Below, in pieces: positions 50,071-59,974 of a stretch of DNA of 64,000 nucleotides (its first letter is position 1; the number at the start of each line of letters is the position of its first letter). A program made the position numbers and the translations under genes. Origin of the DNA: a virus (Duplodnaviria > Caudoviricetes); IMG/VR virus record IMGVR_UViG_3300037067_008333, positions 1-64,000 of that record. One strand, written 5' to 3'. The notes beneath the pieces were generated by a model. The model was not told where the DNA came from, ran no database searches, and was given only the letters and a program-made list of their open reading frames with translations.

Positions 50071-51140
50071 TTGTAGAGCTTTTCGAGCATATCCTTGTTA
50101 TCTTCAATCCACTTGAGTATCTTAACATAACCCTGTTTTATGCCAACTATGGGTTCCCATCCGATATATTTTTTAATTTTACGGATATCGGATATATAAA
50201 CACAGTGGTCTGCTTTTCGGACATTAGGAACTATCGTCACTTCCGTTGTGTTTCCGGTTAGCTCAGCCAACATATCACATGCTTCCAAGAGCGATATGGA
50301 TTTGTCACCACCTCCACCAATATTGAAAGCTTGGCCGGCAACATTGTCTATATTTTTCATTTCCATATCAACTAAGTTACATATGTCACTGATATAGAGT
50401 GCATCACGAACCTGTTTTCCGTTCCATCCAAATAGGGTCAATGGTAGGTTAAAACGGTAGGCGATAGCGAACCAGGTAACCCATCCCTGCTCACATTTTC
50501 CCCATTGCCGTGGGCCATAGAGACAGCTGAACCGGTTGATAACAGTCTTGACACCAAAGGCGTCGAAATATTCCTGGCACATGAGGTCACCCATTACCTT
50601 GCTCAGACCATAGATACTGTGCTGACCACCGTCAATAGTGAGTTCGTTACTGAATCCGTATCCATAAGTGAATCCCACTGGAGTTTTATAATCTGTATGA
50701 TATCCGGCTGTAAGGTCCCAATTCCATCGTTTGTCGAATTCTTTCAATGGTATTGAATTGACAATATCTCCGCTATAAACCTTATTGGTTGACCAGTAGA
50801 TGACTGCTGAACCGTTCTTCCTGGCAAATTCCAATACATTCAACAAACCAACGGTATTGTTGGTGATATCAAACATTGGATTCTTGTAGCCTTCCGTGGC
50901 GCTGGGTTGAGCACTGCATTCACAAATAAAGTCTACCCTTGGGAGTTGTTCAAAATCTTCTGGGCAACGTACATCTCCGTGAATAAATGTAATACCCCGC
51001 TCTTTTAAGGCTGGTAGATTGAATTCACTTCCCCGGCGTACAAGATTATCCATAGCAATAACGTCGTGACCGCGCTCTTTGAGATAAAACGCTAAATTTG
51101 CACCTACGAATCCTGCACCACCCGTAATCAATATTTTCAT
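50067..51140 (-). CDS. rfbE: NAD-dependent epimerase/dehydratase, CDP-paratose 2-epimerase-like
   Basis: ITGGAGFVG, DNLVRRGS, STNKVY, YGLSK and RFSCLYGPRQWG..EQGWVTWF motifs. ATG at 51140 follows AGGAG. Confidence 0.75.
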   Translation of the reverse strand: MKILITGGAGFVGANLAFYLKERGHDVIAMDNLVRRGSEFNLPALKERGITFIHGDVRCPEDFEQLPRVDFICECSAQPSATEGYKNPMFDITNNTVGLLNVLEFARKNGSAVIYWSTNKVYSGDIVNSIPLKEFDKRWNWDLTAGYHTDYKTPVGFTYGYGFSNELTIDGGQHSIYGLSKVMGDLMCQEYFDAFGVKTVINRFSCLYGPRQWGKCEQGWVTWFAIAYRFNLPLTLFGWNGKQVRDALYISDICNLVDMEMKNIDNVAGQAFNIGGGGDKSISLLEACDMLAELTGNTTEVTIVPNVRKADHCVYISDIRKIKKYIGWEPIVGIKQGYVKILKWIEDNKDMLEKLYK

Positions 51141-51150
51141 GATGTCTCCT

Positions 51151-51963
51151 TTATTCATCTTTCCAATTGACACCTATAGCTATACCACCATTGAATTGCT
51201 CATTAGTAACTAATTGACCATTTTCATCACGTCTATAATTACCCAATGAAGAGGATCCTGGTCGTGCCATGGTTTGAACATATGTATCTACTGTTGTTCC
51301 CCATTTCCATCCGAATTCATATCCTTTGTATTGCATGACAGCTTCATAACTGTGGGCATACTGAAGTGGAACTTTTTCTTTTTTCAGGTTGTTTACAAAT
51401 CCTCCTATTTCATTGAAGAAACGTTTATTAAGAAACCAGTTACCTCCCCACTCTGATACGTAACCTTCTACTTTTCCATCTTTGCTTTTATACATTTCTG
51501 GTACATATTGTTTCATCTTCTCATAATCGCCAGGTGCTGCCCAGTGATTGAAACCGGAAATTATTCTAACTTTATATTTTTCTGCCCATTCACTATCCAA
51601 CATATCAACTAAAACATCGGTCCATCCTGTACGATAAAATAAATCATCAGCACCTAAAAGCATATATGGAAATGCTGGATTAGAGTTGTCTATTCCGGCT
51701 TTATATGCTCTTTCCACACACCCGGTGAGTTCATGCACTGGTATATTTGCCCTGTGAGGTAAAAGTATTATTTTATCATATAATCCCTCATTTTTCATTT
51801 GTTGGTATTTTTCTACGTGGTTTGGTTCGCTACCGCCATCCACAATTACTATTTCTTTCGGTTCATATGAAGTTCTCAATTTTAAATTTCTCAGGCTTTC
51901 TTGCAACATATCTGGCCTATTGTAAGTTGGTATTATTATAGATACGCCTTTTAATTCATTCAT
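51151..51963 (-). CDS. Glycosyltransferase, GT2 family
   Basis: SIIIPTYNR, IVDGGS and GADD motifs. Confidence 0.85.
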   Translation of the reverse strand: MNELKGVSIIIPTYNRPDMLQESLRNLKLRTSYEPKEIVIVDGGSEPNHVEKYQQMKNEGLYDKIILLPHRANIPVHELTGCVERAYKAGIDNSNPAFPYMLLGADDLFYRTGWTDVLVDMLDSEWAEKYKVRIISGFNHWAAPGDYEKMKQYVPEMYKSKDGKVEGYVSEWGGNWFLNKRFFNEIGGFVNNLKKEKVPLQYAHSYEAVMQYKGYEFGWKWGTTVDTYVQTMARPGSSSLGNYRRDENGQLVTNEQFNGGIAIGVNWKDE

Positions 51964-52817
51964 ATAATCTCCTTAATATTTTTTATTTCTACGGCACATT
52001 TACCAGCTTCTAAAAATCTGTTAGCTTTTAATTTTACATCACAAGGATTACATGTTCCAAATTTATTACAAACTCTATAAATAGAATCGATTTGTAAATG
52101 TTTATTTGCGATGTTATCTATAGGATATTCATCTTCGTATAAATCTCTATGACATTTATATATATTACCTTCGGGACCTATTAGTAGTTCATTACTTTTA
52201 CATTCACACGATTTAATCACTCCAGATATTGATTCCGGATATTTATAATATCCAAATATATTGTTGTCATAATTTCCTAAAAAATCCTTTATAAAAAAAT
52301 ATATTTTTTTATTTCTGGCAATTTCTGACATTATTATATTATATTTTGTATTTAATGGGTGGTTGATACCGAATAATCCTATAGAAAATCCTGCGTCTTG
52401 TAAAGCTACACAACGTGATATTATATCATTTGGATCCATACTTATAGGATGATAACTTACACGTATAGATTTATAAGCCGCATTATCACAACTATAGAAT
52501 ATCGACGGAGATATTTTGGATATGAATTCATTGATATTAAATTGTAAATTCGTCAAGAGATCTATTTTTATTTCGGGTTTTAATAGTTTCACGAATTCAT
52601 AAAAATCAGTTCGCGTAGTAGGTTCTCCCCCACCTATCGTTAGCGGTATATTGGTAAAGTCTATCATATTAAGATTTTCAGAAAGTTGTTTAATATCTAT
52701 TTCAGTTCTATTTCTTTTTATTCCTGAAAAAGTATTAATACAGTATGGACATTTTAAATTACATTTTAATGTAAAATACAATTCAACATAGTTTATTGTT
52801 TTAGGTAGATTTATCAT
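51960..52817 (-). CDS. Radical SAM protein
   Basis: CNLKCPYC, IGGGEPT and LLTNL motifs, plus C-terminal C...GNIYKCH...CNPCD. Confidence 0.85.
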   Translation of the reverse strand: MINLPKTINYVELYFTLKCNLKCPYCINTFSGIKRNRTEIDIKQLSENLNMIDFTNIPLTIGGGEPTTRTDFYEFVKLLKPEIKIDLLTNLQFNINEFISKISPSIFYSCDNAAYKSIRVSYHPISMDPNDIISRCVALQDAGFSIGLFGINHPLNTKYNIIMSEIARNKKIYFFIKDFLGNYDNNIFGYYKYPESISGVIKSCECKSNELLIGPEGNIYKCHRDLYEDEYPIDNIANKHLQIDSIYRVCNKFGTCNPCDVKLKANRFLEAGKCAVEIKNIKEII

Positions 52818-53287
52818 TTTAGTTTTTTAAGAGTTAAAAATCCCGGGTTATTACTTTTATACATGTCTATCACCGCAGATTCAACTTCCTCCTTTGTAGT
52901 AGGTTCATACACTTTTATATTTGGTAATGATTTTATCATTTGAGTAGAATTAATATCCATGTGAGTTATTCCTTGTTCTGGATAATCACAATAACCAACA
53001 AGTTTAACATTTACATTTTGGGCCGATATATCTATTTTTATTTGTTCAAATGCTCTCTCCACAAGAAATGGTGTTATAGTATATACCCACGGGCGCAATC
53101 CTTTTAATGCCATCCCGGAAGCAATACTTATCATTGATTGTTCTATTGTACCGAAATTTATGAATCTATCCGGAGAATTTTTTCTGAAATTATCAAATAT
53201 ACCAAACCCTATATCTCCTGCCACAACATATACTCTATCATCATTCAGAGATACGTCAGCTAAAGTTTTTCCGAATATGTATCTCAT
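52814..53287 (-). CDS. Transketolase-like subunit, pyrimidine-binding domain only
   Basis: FINFGTIEQSMISIASGMAL, PFLVERAFEQIKID and GITH motifs. At 157 aa it lacks the usual C-terminal domain. Confidence 0.8.
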   Translation of the reverse strand: MRYIFGKTLADVSLNDDRVYVVAGDIGFGIFDNFRKNSPDRFINFGTIEQSMISIASGMALKGLRPWVYTITPFLVERAFEQIKIDISAQNVNVKLVGYCDYPEQGITHMDINSTQMIKSLPNIKVYEPTTKEEVESAVIDMYKSNNPGFLTLKKLK

Positions 53288-53922
53288 TACAATACCTCCT
53301 TAATTGCATTTTGATATTCTTCCGCGGTTAATGTGTGTACATGCCAATCAGGATGGTGTTTGAATATACTTAGCGGTTCTCCCTTTATAGACGTTATAAT
53401 CTCGATATTGAGTTCGGGAAATGCTTTCTTGAAACGGTGTATTGAATCTGAATAGATGGTTTTCTCTAAAGCCTGGTATTGGTTGTGATCTATAATGATA
53501 AACAAATTTTTTAAACTGTGTTTTATAGCAAAGTTTGCCGATTCCCATGTTGTTCCCTCGGCACATTCGCCATCACCCATTAAAACATAGACATTACCAT
53601 CTTCTTTTCGTAATTTGGTAGCATAAGCAATACCACATGCGATGGGTAATCCGTGACCTAAGCTTCCAGTTGTGCAAGATATACCGTTATCTACATCTAT
53701 ATCCGGGTGACTTTTGGTTATATTCGGTTTATATCCATATGATTCCAATACCGCATATAATGATGGACATCCATGACCTTTGCTTAATATAAATGTGTCT
53801 TTTTCCAAGTTCATATGTCTATAGCACTTTTCAATAATTGGAAGTGCTGAGATAGCACTGGCCAAATGGCTATTTTTAGCTTCAAAACAAATTTGGATAG
53901 TTCTTTCATAAAGGTTCATCAT
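53287..53922 (-). CDS. Transketolase-like N-terminal (TPP-binding) subunit
   Basis: SHL...FILSKGH, TGSLGHGL and GDGECAEG...N TPP-binding motifs. Confidence 0.9.
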   Translation of the reverse strand: MMNLYERTIQICFEAKNSHLASAISALPIIEKCYRHMNLEKDTFILSKGHGCPSLYAVLESYGYKPNITKSHPDIDVDNGISCTTGSLGHGLPIACGIAYATKLRKEDGNVYVLMGDGECAEGTTWESANFAIKHSLKNLFIIIDHNQYQALEKTIYSDSIHRFKKAFPELNIEIITSIKGEPLSIFKHHPDWHVHTLTAEEYQNAIKEVL

Positions 53923-55019
53923 ATGAAGTTAATTCCTTTCGGTTTAGTTATGTAGTTGTCAATAAACTTATTACACGCATCCAATCTACAAGATCCAAAA
54001 CATCCAGTTGTAGAATTAAATTCATTCCTGAATTTTTTTATGATATCCCAATATCTTTCCGACTCAAATATTTCTTTGAAAGTCTTGTCGTGGATATTTC
54101 CAAATTTATATTGATCATATTCGCGTTTACCTCCGAAAAAATAACCACAAGGAAACCAATCTCCATTTCCTGAGATTTCGGAAATTAAAGGAACTGCAGG
54201 ACAATGACGATAAAGTCTTTCACCCTTTCTTTCAATTGTTTTCCATTTAGGAATGATTTGTGTCTTTTCTGTAGAGTAGCTTTCGGCTTCTTTCAAAGCT
54301 GCTATTACATTTTCGTCACTGTAAGAGTTAATATCAAAGTGAACAGCTCCTACAGATTCGTTGTTTTTAGGTAAAGAACATTGTTTTATAACAAAATAAT
54401 CAACCCCGAGTTCCACTGCTAATTTCGCTTCTTTTATAGTATCATCGTTCATGAGCCCGGGTATAAATACAGATTGTAACCCTATATCGCATTTGTAGCC
54501 TTTTTTGTCTCTTAACGCTACTATTTTTTTCATATTTTCAACTACTATATCAAATTTGTCAACTCTATGAATTTTTTTATATCCTTCCCTATCTCCCGCG
54601 GATATAGAAAAACGAGCCCAATCGCAACAATCTAATACAACTTCTCTTTTTTCGTCCGTATCCAAAGCAACACCACTTGTAGATATAGCCATGGATATGT
54701 TGCCATTTTTTCCTGTTTTGAGAGCATCGTATAGATTGGGGTTAAGAGTAGGTTCACCATCTCCTACGAAAGCTATACTCTTAACTCCGCATTCTCCGGC
54801 TTCTTTAATTGATTTAAGTAAAGCGTCTCTTTGTATGTATTCTCTTTTAAGATTTTGAAATATTCCAAAACAAAACACACAATTTACATTGCAAAATTTG
54901 GACAAACCCCAATCTATATGTATAGGAGGTACACGTTCCCCCTTATCAAAATGTTGTATAACTCTTTCCATGTGCCACAGTAACTTAGTATCATCCATAT
55001 GTCTATTTTCTTTTGTCAT
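53919..55019 (-). CDS. Radical SAM protein with SPASM domain
   Basis: CNVNCVFC and VGDGEPTL motifs, plus C...GDWFPCG...GNIHD...CFGSC...C. Confidence 0.9.
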   Translation of the reverse strand: MTKENRHMDDTKLLWHMERVIQHFDKGERVPPIHIDWGLSKFCNVNCVFCFGIFQNLKREYIQRDALLKSIKEAGECGVKSIAFVGDGEPTLNPNLYDALKTGKNGNISMAISTSGVALDTDEKREVVLDCCDWARFSISAGDREGYKKIHRVDKFDIVVENMKKIVALRDKKGYKCDIGLQSVFIPGLMNDDTIKEAKLAVELGVDYFVIKQCSLPKNNESVGAVHFDINSYSDENVIAALKEAESYSTEKTQIIPKWKTIERKGERLYRHCPAVPLISEISGNGDWFPCGYFFGGKREYDQYKFGNIHDKTFKEIFESERYWDIIKKFRNEFNSTTGCFGSCRLDACNKFIDNYITKPKGINFI

Positions 55020-55032
55020 TTATTACTCCTTT

Positions 55033-55527
55033 TTATTTTATTGCTACTACTGAAAATGACCAATAAAGATCGCGTTCACTGTATAAAATAGATTTAAACT
55101 TGAGATCTTCTAGTAATATTTTCATTTGTTCAGGATTGAATGTATGAAGATGTTTCTTGTTATTTTGCGGCAACCAATAAGACATATCAGGGTGGGGAAG
55201 ATACAAGAACAATACTCCACCTTTTTTGATATGATCTTTCCAGTATTCTAAAGCATTGACATAATTTTCTAGATGTTCTAATGTATGTGAGCTAAATATA
55301 TAATCATACTTCCTATCAGGTAGATGATATGCATCCCATTTATCTTTGTTGACTATATTGATTGCTTGGGCTCCAGGAAAAGTCCAGTCCAAGTATCCAC
55401 CTATATCTAAACCTTTACCTTTACAAAAACACTGGGCAAATGGAACAACAAAGCTACACGCATTGCCATTTTTTATATAATTTGGATATACTACTTTTTT
55501 GTATGTAAATGTATATTTGTTATTCAT
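55033..55527 (-). CDS. Class I SAM-dependent methyltransferase
   Basis: GLDIGG, YDYIFSSHTLEH and KGGVLFLYLP motifs. Confidence 0.85.
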   Translation of the reverse strand: MNNKYTFTYKKVVYPNYIKNGNACSFVVPFAQCFCKGKGLDIGGYLDWTFPGAQAINIVNKDKWDAYHLPDRKYDYIFSSHTLEHLENYVNALEYWKDHIKKGGVLFLYLPHPDMSYWLPQNNKKHLHTFNPEQMKILLEDLKFKSILYSERDLYWSFSVVAIK

Positions 55528-56716
55528 GGTTTGATTTTAATTCAGAAATACATCCATTATACTCATTTTTGTAAAATTTGTCAATTTTATTCCGGTATTT
55601 TTTCACGAAATAACCTATGGCTTTTTCTACACCATGTATATGAGTATCATCAAAGTATATTAATCCTCCAGATTTATTTAACAACGAGATTGCTATATCA
55701 ATATCTACTATAATATCATTATAATGATGGGAACCATCTATAAGAATTGTCGAAACATTCATGTTATGAAAATTATTTTTATTGCCATCTAAGTATTGTT
55801 TTGATGTCATCTCATATGTTTTTACATTTGGTAGGTCCTTTATATTATGTATGGTATTTTCTTTTTCTTCAGATAGAATTTTTCCTATTTCTTGATCTGG
55901 AGTATTACCATCTGAGATATAAGGATCTACACCATAAAACTCTCTATCAGGAAATTTGCGCGCTAATATAGCTAGAGCTGCACCATTGTATACACCAATT
56001 TCAAAGTATCCTCCTGGGTGGTGGGTGAGATAATCTTGTATAGCTATTATAGCCGGCCAACAACATAATTTTCCTTTGATTGCATATTTTTCTTTATATG
56101 CAAAAATGTTATTATAATTATTTATAGATAATTCCTTTATTATTGGCGTGAGAATAAGAAATCCCTGCTGTTTATTGTTTCTATGAATATCATGCGATTT
56201 TGAAAATAATTCCACTATAGATTCTATGCCGTCACAATGATATTTTTTATCGATGTTACCTAATTCATAATTACCGATCTCATACATTCTTAAATCATCT
56301 ATTATGAAAACATCTTTATTATTTGGTCTATAAGTTGATATTACTTGTAACTCAGCTTCGAGTGGTGTTTTTATATGACAATCTAATATATCATCGTAAC
56401 TTCCAAGTTGATAATCAGCTCCTGGGAAATGAGCATCAAGCCAGAAGAGTATATTATCTTGTTGATTTACCTTACTCATGATAGTTTTTAATCCATCTAT
56501 TGAGTTATTATTTATTAATTCTAGTTTACTACTATGGAATTTTTTTATATTCTTGTCATATAGTTCTTTCATTATTTCTATCGAGTATATTTTTTTAAAA
56601 GGAAATGTAAGGGCGTATGATAGACCAAAACCCATGCCTGTACCGGTTTCTACGAATGTATTAAGATTATATTCTTTTATATAATGGTTTAAATCAAATG
56701 TGTTGAGTTCACCCAT
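55520..56716 (-). CDS. Tandem two-domain methyltransferase-like protein
   Basis: Domain 1 has FVETGT...WLDAH...IDD. Domain 2 has FEIGVYNG...GVDPY...IDGSH...YFDD. ATG at 56716 follows GGAGG. Confidence 0.75.
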   Translation of the reverse strand: MGELNTFDLNHYIKEYNLNTFVETGTGMGFGLSYALTFPFKKIYSIEIMKELYDKNIKKFHSSKLELINNNSIDGLKTIMSKVNQQDNILFWLDAHFPGADYQLGSYDDILDCHIKTPLEAELQVISTYRPNNKDVFIIDDLRMYEIGNYELGNIDKKYHCDGIESIVELFSKSHDIHRNNKQQGFLILTPIIKELSINNYNNIFAYKEKYAIKGKLCCWPAIIAIQDYLTHHPGGYFEIGVYNGAALAILARKFPDREFYGVDPYISDGNTPDQEIGKILSEEKENTIHNIKDLPNVKTYEMTSKQYLDGNKNNFHNMNVSTILIDGSHHYNDIIVDIDIAISLLNKSGGLIYFDDTHIHGVEKAIGYFVKKYRNKIDKFYKNEYNGCISELKSNHE

Positions 56717-57405
56717 TTTAAATATTCCTCCATTGTATGAACTGTTTTCCATGGTTTAGAAAACAAATGCCGTGTAGCAATATATGTTGGTACTTCATTT
56801 TCTTTGCCAAAATTTCGTGAGAATAATATCATTTCTTTTGCTTTTACATCAAGTTTTTCTATAATTAATGTAAAACATGTATCGACAAAATATAGATTGG
56901 TTGCATGTTCAATTATATTACACCAATCAAACGGAGTAAATCCAGAGATGAATTCTATTTCAATAGTCGGAAGATCATTCATTATAGGTATATCTATATC
57001 TCGAACATCCGGTGGTGAAGCAAATTTTTTACAGATAAGATTATATTCCATAGGTTGTATTTTCAATTGCTCTTCTTTTTGAATGTTTCTACGAAAGTTA
57101 AAATACTTAGACCAGTCGGAATAATCTAGGTTTCCTGCCATTTTATATTTTGCATCCATACACGATATACCATGATAAAAGTGTCCAGCACTCTCAAGAT
57201 CAAGTGTTTCGCAAGATCCATACCATGTATCGGTGAGTTTGCAAAACGATACTCCTGGTGTTTTGATATAATTACCTACCCATTCATATTGGGGAATAAC
57301 AGGCCATACCACATCATAGCCATGGTTGACATATTCAGTAGCTATTTTTTGACAAAAAATAATATCTCCAAGTCCTGCTGGTTGTTGAATGATACACCGT
57401 TTCAT
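56689..57405 (-). CDS. Hypothetical protein, GT-B/GT9-like N-terminal motif
   Basis: IIQQPAGLGDIIF...YFVDTCF motifs, located in the glycan island. Confidence 0.5.
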   Translation of the reverse strand: MKRCIIQQPAGLGDIIFCQKIATEYVNHGYDVVWPVIPQYEWVGNYIKTPGVSFCKLTDTWYGSCETLDLESAGHFYHGISCMDAKYKMAGNLDYSDWSKYFNFRRNIQKEEQLKIQPMEYNLICKKFASPPDVRDIDIPIMNDLPTIEIEFISGFTPFDWCNIIEHATNLYFVDTCFTLIIEKLDVKAKEMILFSRNFGKENEVPTYIATRHLFSKPWKTVHTMEEYLKWVNSTHLI

Positions 57406-57406
57406 G

Positions 57407-57973
57407 TTATCCTCGGGTTTCTGTTACTGCACTATTGAAGTCATAGAAATATAAAACCTTATCTATCCTGACTTCATTTCGGACATCTTTGCAGGCCCTG
57501 ACGACCCAATTGACATCCTCTCCGTAATTTAGATTGGGGTACATGTGGCGTTTGGCTATGGCTGATTTCCATACCATTGTATGAGCTGGTTTTCCTTTCC
57601 ACTGGTCACCTATCTGACCATATTCATACCTTATACTATATTGAGAATACGTTTTTTGTCCACCATTTATTGTCGTAATACAGTCGAATACAACTACATC
57701 GACGGTAGGATTTGCATATAATGTATCCATGATGGATTGCACATAATCATTCGCTACCCTGTCATCGTCATCAATAAAGGTAAGGTATTCACCTGTTGCC
57801 AGGTTCAGTAAGGCATTTCGTTTCTGACCTACAGTACGGCGTTTATTATCATAGAGGCCGATTATTTCAACATCAGGACGGTTATTAACCTGATCCTGGA
57901 GTTGTTTAATAAGACGTGGAAAGAATGTTTCAAGTCTTGATGGTACGGTTGCAACAAGAATTGATAGTTTCAT
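57407..57973 (-). CDS. Glycosyltransferase, GT2 family
   Basis: LSILVAT, GQKRNALL...GEYLTFIDDDD and GEDVNW motifs. Confidence 0.85.
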   Translation of the reverse strand: MKLSILVATVPSRLETFFPRLIKQLQDQVNNRPDVEIIGLYDNKRRTVGQKRNALLNLATGEYLTFIDDDDRVANDYVQSIMDTLYANPTVDVVVFDCITTINGGQKTYSQYSIRYEYGQIGDQWKGKPAHTMVWKSAIAKRHMYPNLNYGEDVNWVVRACKDVRNEVRIDKVLYFYDFNSAVTETRG

Positions 57974-58947
57974 TATTTCCTCGCAAGAAGTTTTTCATAT
58001 TCCTGGACTATTCTGGTGACAACGTTTTTGGCTGACCATGTTTCTTGCATGAATTTTCTGACAGCCTTTCCACGTTCTTCTAGGATGCCCAGGTTTTCTG
58101 AATAAAAAACAATACGTTCAGCAATTTCATTGATGTTACGAACACGTTCAAATGGATAAAAGTCAGTTTGGAAAAACTCACGGAAGACTTTATCGAACTC
58201 TGGACAAATATTACACATAGTTGGTACACCAAGTGCAAGATTTTCTACGGTGGTCATACCGTGGTATTCTCTCCAAAGTGCATCGAATCCTAGGTTAATC
58301 ATTTTCTTTCTGCGGATAATATGCTCGTGTGGTAAATCAGTTTCAATGATGGCTTTAACAGGGTATTTTTGAACAGCGATTTCAATTCCTTTTCGGAGTT
58401 CCATGGTATTCTTGTTATTGCCGCCTCCTGTTGGGAAATGGCCGATAGTAACATTATGATAGTCACGGAATGTATTCATATCGAATTCAGAAGATTTTTC
58501 ATCTACGATATCAGGAATGTAAATACAACCATCGTAGATGTGGATAGCCTGGGGAATGGAAGAGAAGATAGCATCATAACCTATATCCTGGCGCTTATTC
58601 CAATAGTCCTTTGCCTTAGCACGTTCTCTCCAACCTCCTGGAAAACTACAATAGTCATGGAATATCTTGATTTTTCCTTTGAGTTCTTGTTCCCAATTAA
58701 AACCCCAGACATGCGAGCTAGTATAGGTATGGGTCGCTGAGCAGAAGTGAATGACATCAGATTCACGTATAATCTGAACAAACTCATCGCGGTTGTAGTT
58801 ATCAGGAGTAATATCAGTATCATAATTAAACGTCCTTACTGCTCTGAAATGCCTGGCTTGCCAGTTGGTGTACTTGGAAATTGCACGGGCCTGCCTGATT
58901 GAGACTCCAGCTGCATCCCACGCTGGGTTAACAAAAAGAACTCTCAT
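57973..58947 (-). CDS. Glycosyltransferase, GT-B fold (GT4-like)
   Basis: MRVLFVNP...IGHFPT...YHGMTTVENLALGVPT motifs. Confidence 0.7.
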   Translation of the reverse strand: MRVLFVNPAWDAAGVSIRQARAISKYTNWQARHFRAVRTFNYDTDITPDNYNRDEFVQIIRESDVIHFCSATHTYTSSHVWGFNWEQELKGKIKIFHDYCSFPGGWRERAKAKDYWNKRQDIGYDAIFSSIPQAIHIYDGCIYIPDIVDEKSSEFDMNTFRDYHNVTIGHFPTGGGNNKNTMELRKGIEIAVQKYPVKAIIETDLPHEHIIRRKKMINLGFDALWREYHGMTTVENLALGVPTMCNICPEFDKVFREFFQTDFYPFERVRNINEIAERIVFYSENLGILEERGKAVRKFMQETWSAKNVVTRIVQEYEKLLARK

Positions 58948-59627
58948 AATTCTCTCCTTTTTCTGGCATTCGCCAGTACTTCAACAGTATCATCATATCC
59001 CTTAACATGACTTACTGTTGCCGGGTGATCACGGTAATATCCTAATATAATCGGTATATGGTATAGATTCATCCTCTCTTCGCATTTCAAAGCAAAGTCA
59101 TAATCCTGGGCTGTAAAGCGCGTATCAAATCCTCCAAGCTGGTCAAAAAGTTGTTTGCGCCACATGAAGCAAAGACCTATATGGCATCCGGTAAGTAATA
59201 ATCCTTTGGTATATGGCGGTCGCAGTATTGCCTCACCGATAATTCCATTTTCATTTATAAACTGGAAGTCCGAATAGACAAACCCAACGTCCGGTTTTCC
59301 ATCTAGTATATTCGCCAGGATTCGGATAAACATGGTAAAGTAAATATTATCTGAGCTTACATAGGTATGATATTTACCTTTGGCTTTGGAGAATCCATAG
59401 TTAAGAGCGCTACCAGTGCCGCCATTTTCTTTATAATGATACTCTATTTTATCTGGATACTGGATTGCATAATCCATAGCAATGGTTGCCGTATCATCAG
59501 TTGAACCATCGTTGATAATATAGAGTTTCCAATCATCACAATCTTGTTTAAGGATACTTTCAATAGCTTCCGGCAAAAACTTAGCTTGATTATATGCCGG
59601 CATTACGCAACTAATTGTTTCCATCAC
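58944..59627 (-). CDS. Glycosyltransferase, GT2 family
   Basis: VMPAYNQ, INDGSTD, YVSSDN and QDYDF motifs. Confidence 0.9.
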   Translation of the reverse strand: MMETISCVMPAYNQAKFLPEAIESILKQDCDDWKLYIINDGSTDDTATIAMDYAIQYPDKIEYHYKENGGTGSALNYGFSKAKGKYHTYVSSDNIYFTMFIRILANILDGKPDVGFVYSDFQFINENGIIGEAILRPPYTKGLLLTGCHIGLCFMWRKQLFDQLGGFDTRFTAQDYDFALKCEERMNLYHIPIILGYYRDHPATVSHVKGYDDTVEVLANARKRREL

Positions 59628-59974
59628 TCCTCCGTTTTGTTTTCAATAATAAAGAATTTTGTTATTGATTTATTTTCATCAAGGTCATATGCTACACAAC
59701 CCCATCCTTTCTTTGGACCGTCATCAAAACTTCCAAATAATCCATTGAGGATACCAACCATACCAACCGTGAAATCACTGAATCCTGATGGTATCTGGTT
59801 TGGACCAACGAGGTTTTTGACAGCACCACATTGTACTGTAGGGTGGTTTGCCATAGCTTCTGAACATGATTGCTTCGTTATGACTACTTTCGTAATGGCA
59901 TCTCGGTCAATTTCTAAAAGACTATTAAGAAAATCTACTACTTCTTGCGGTGTGACGTGTTCTTTTATTGACAT
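59624..59974 (-). CDS. Hypothetical protein inserted in the glycan island
   Basis: Probable ATG at 59974 after GGAGG; no glycan-enzyme motif. Confidence 0.6.
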   Translation of the reverse strand: MSIKEHVTPQEVVDFLNSLLEIDRDAITKVVITKQSCSEAMANHPTVQCGAVKNLVGPNQIPSGFSDFTVGMVGILNGLFGSFDDGPKKGWGCVAYDLDENKSITKFFIIENKTEE

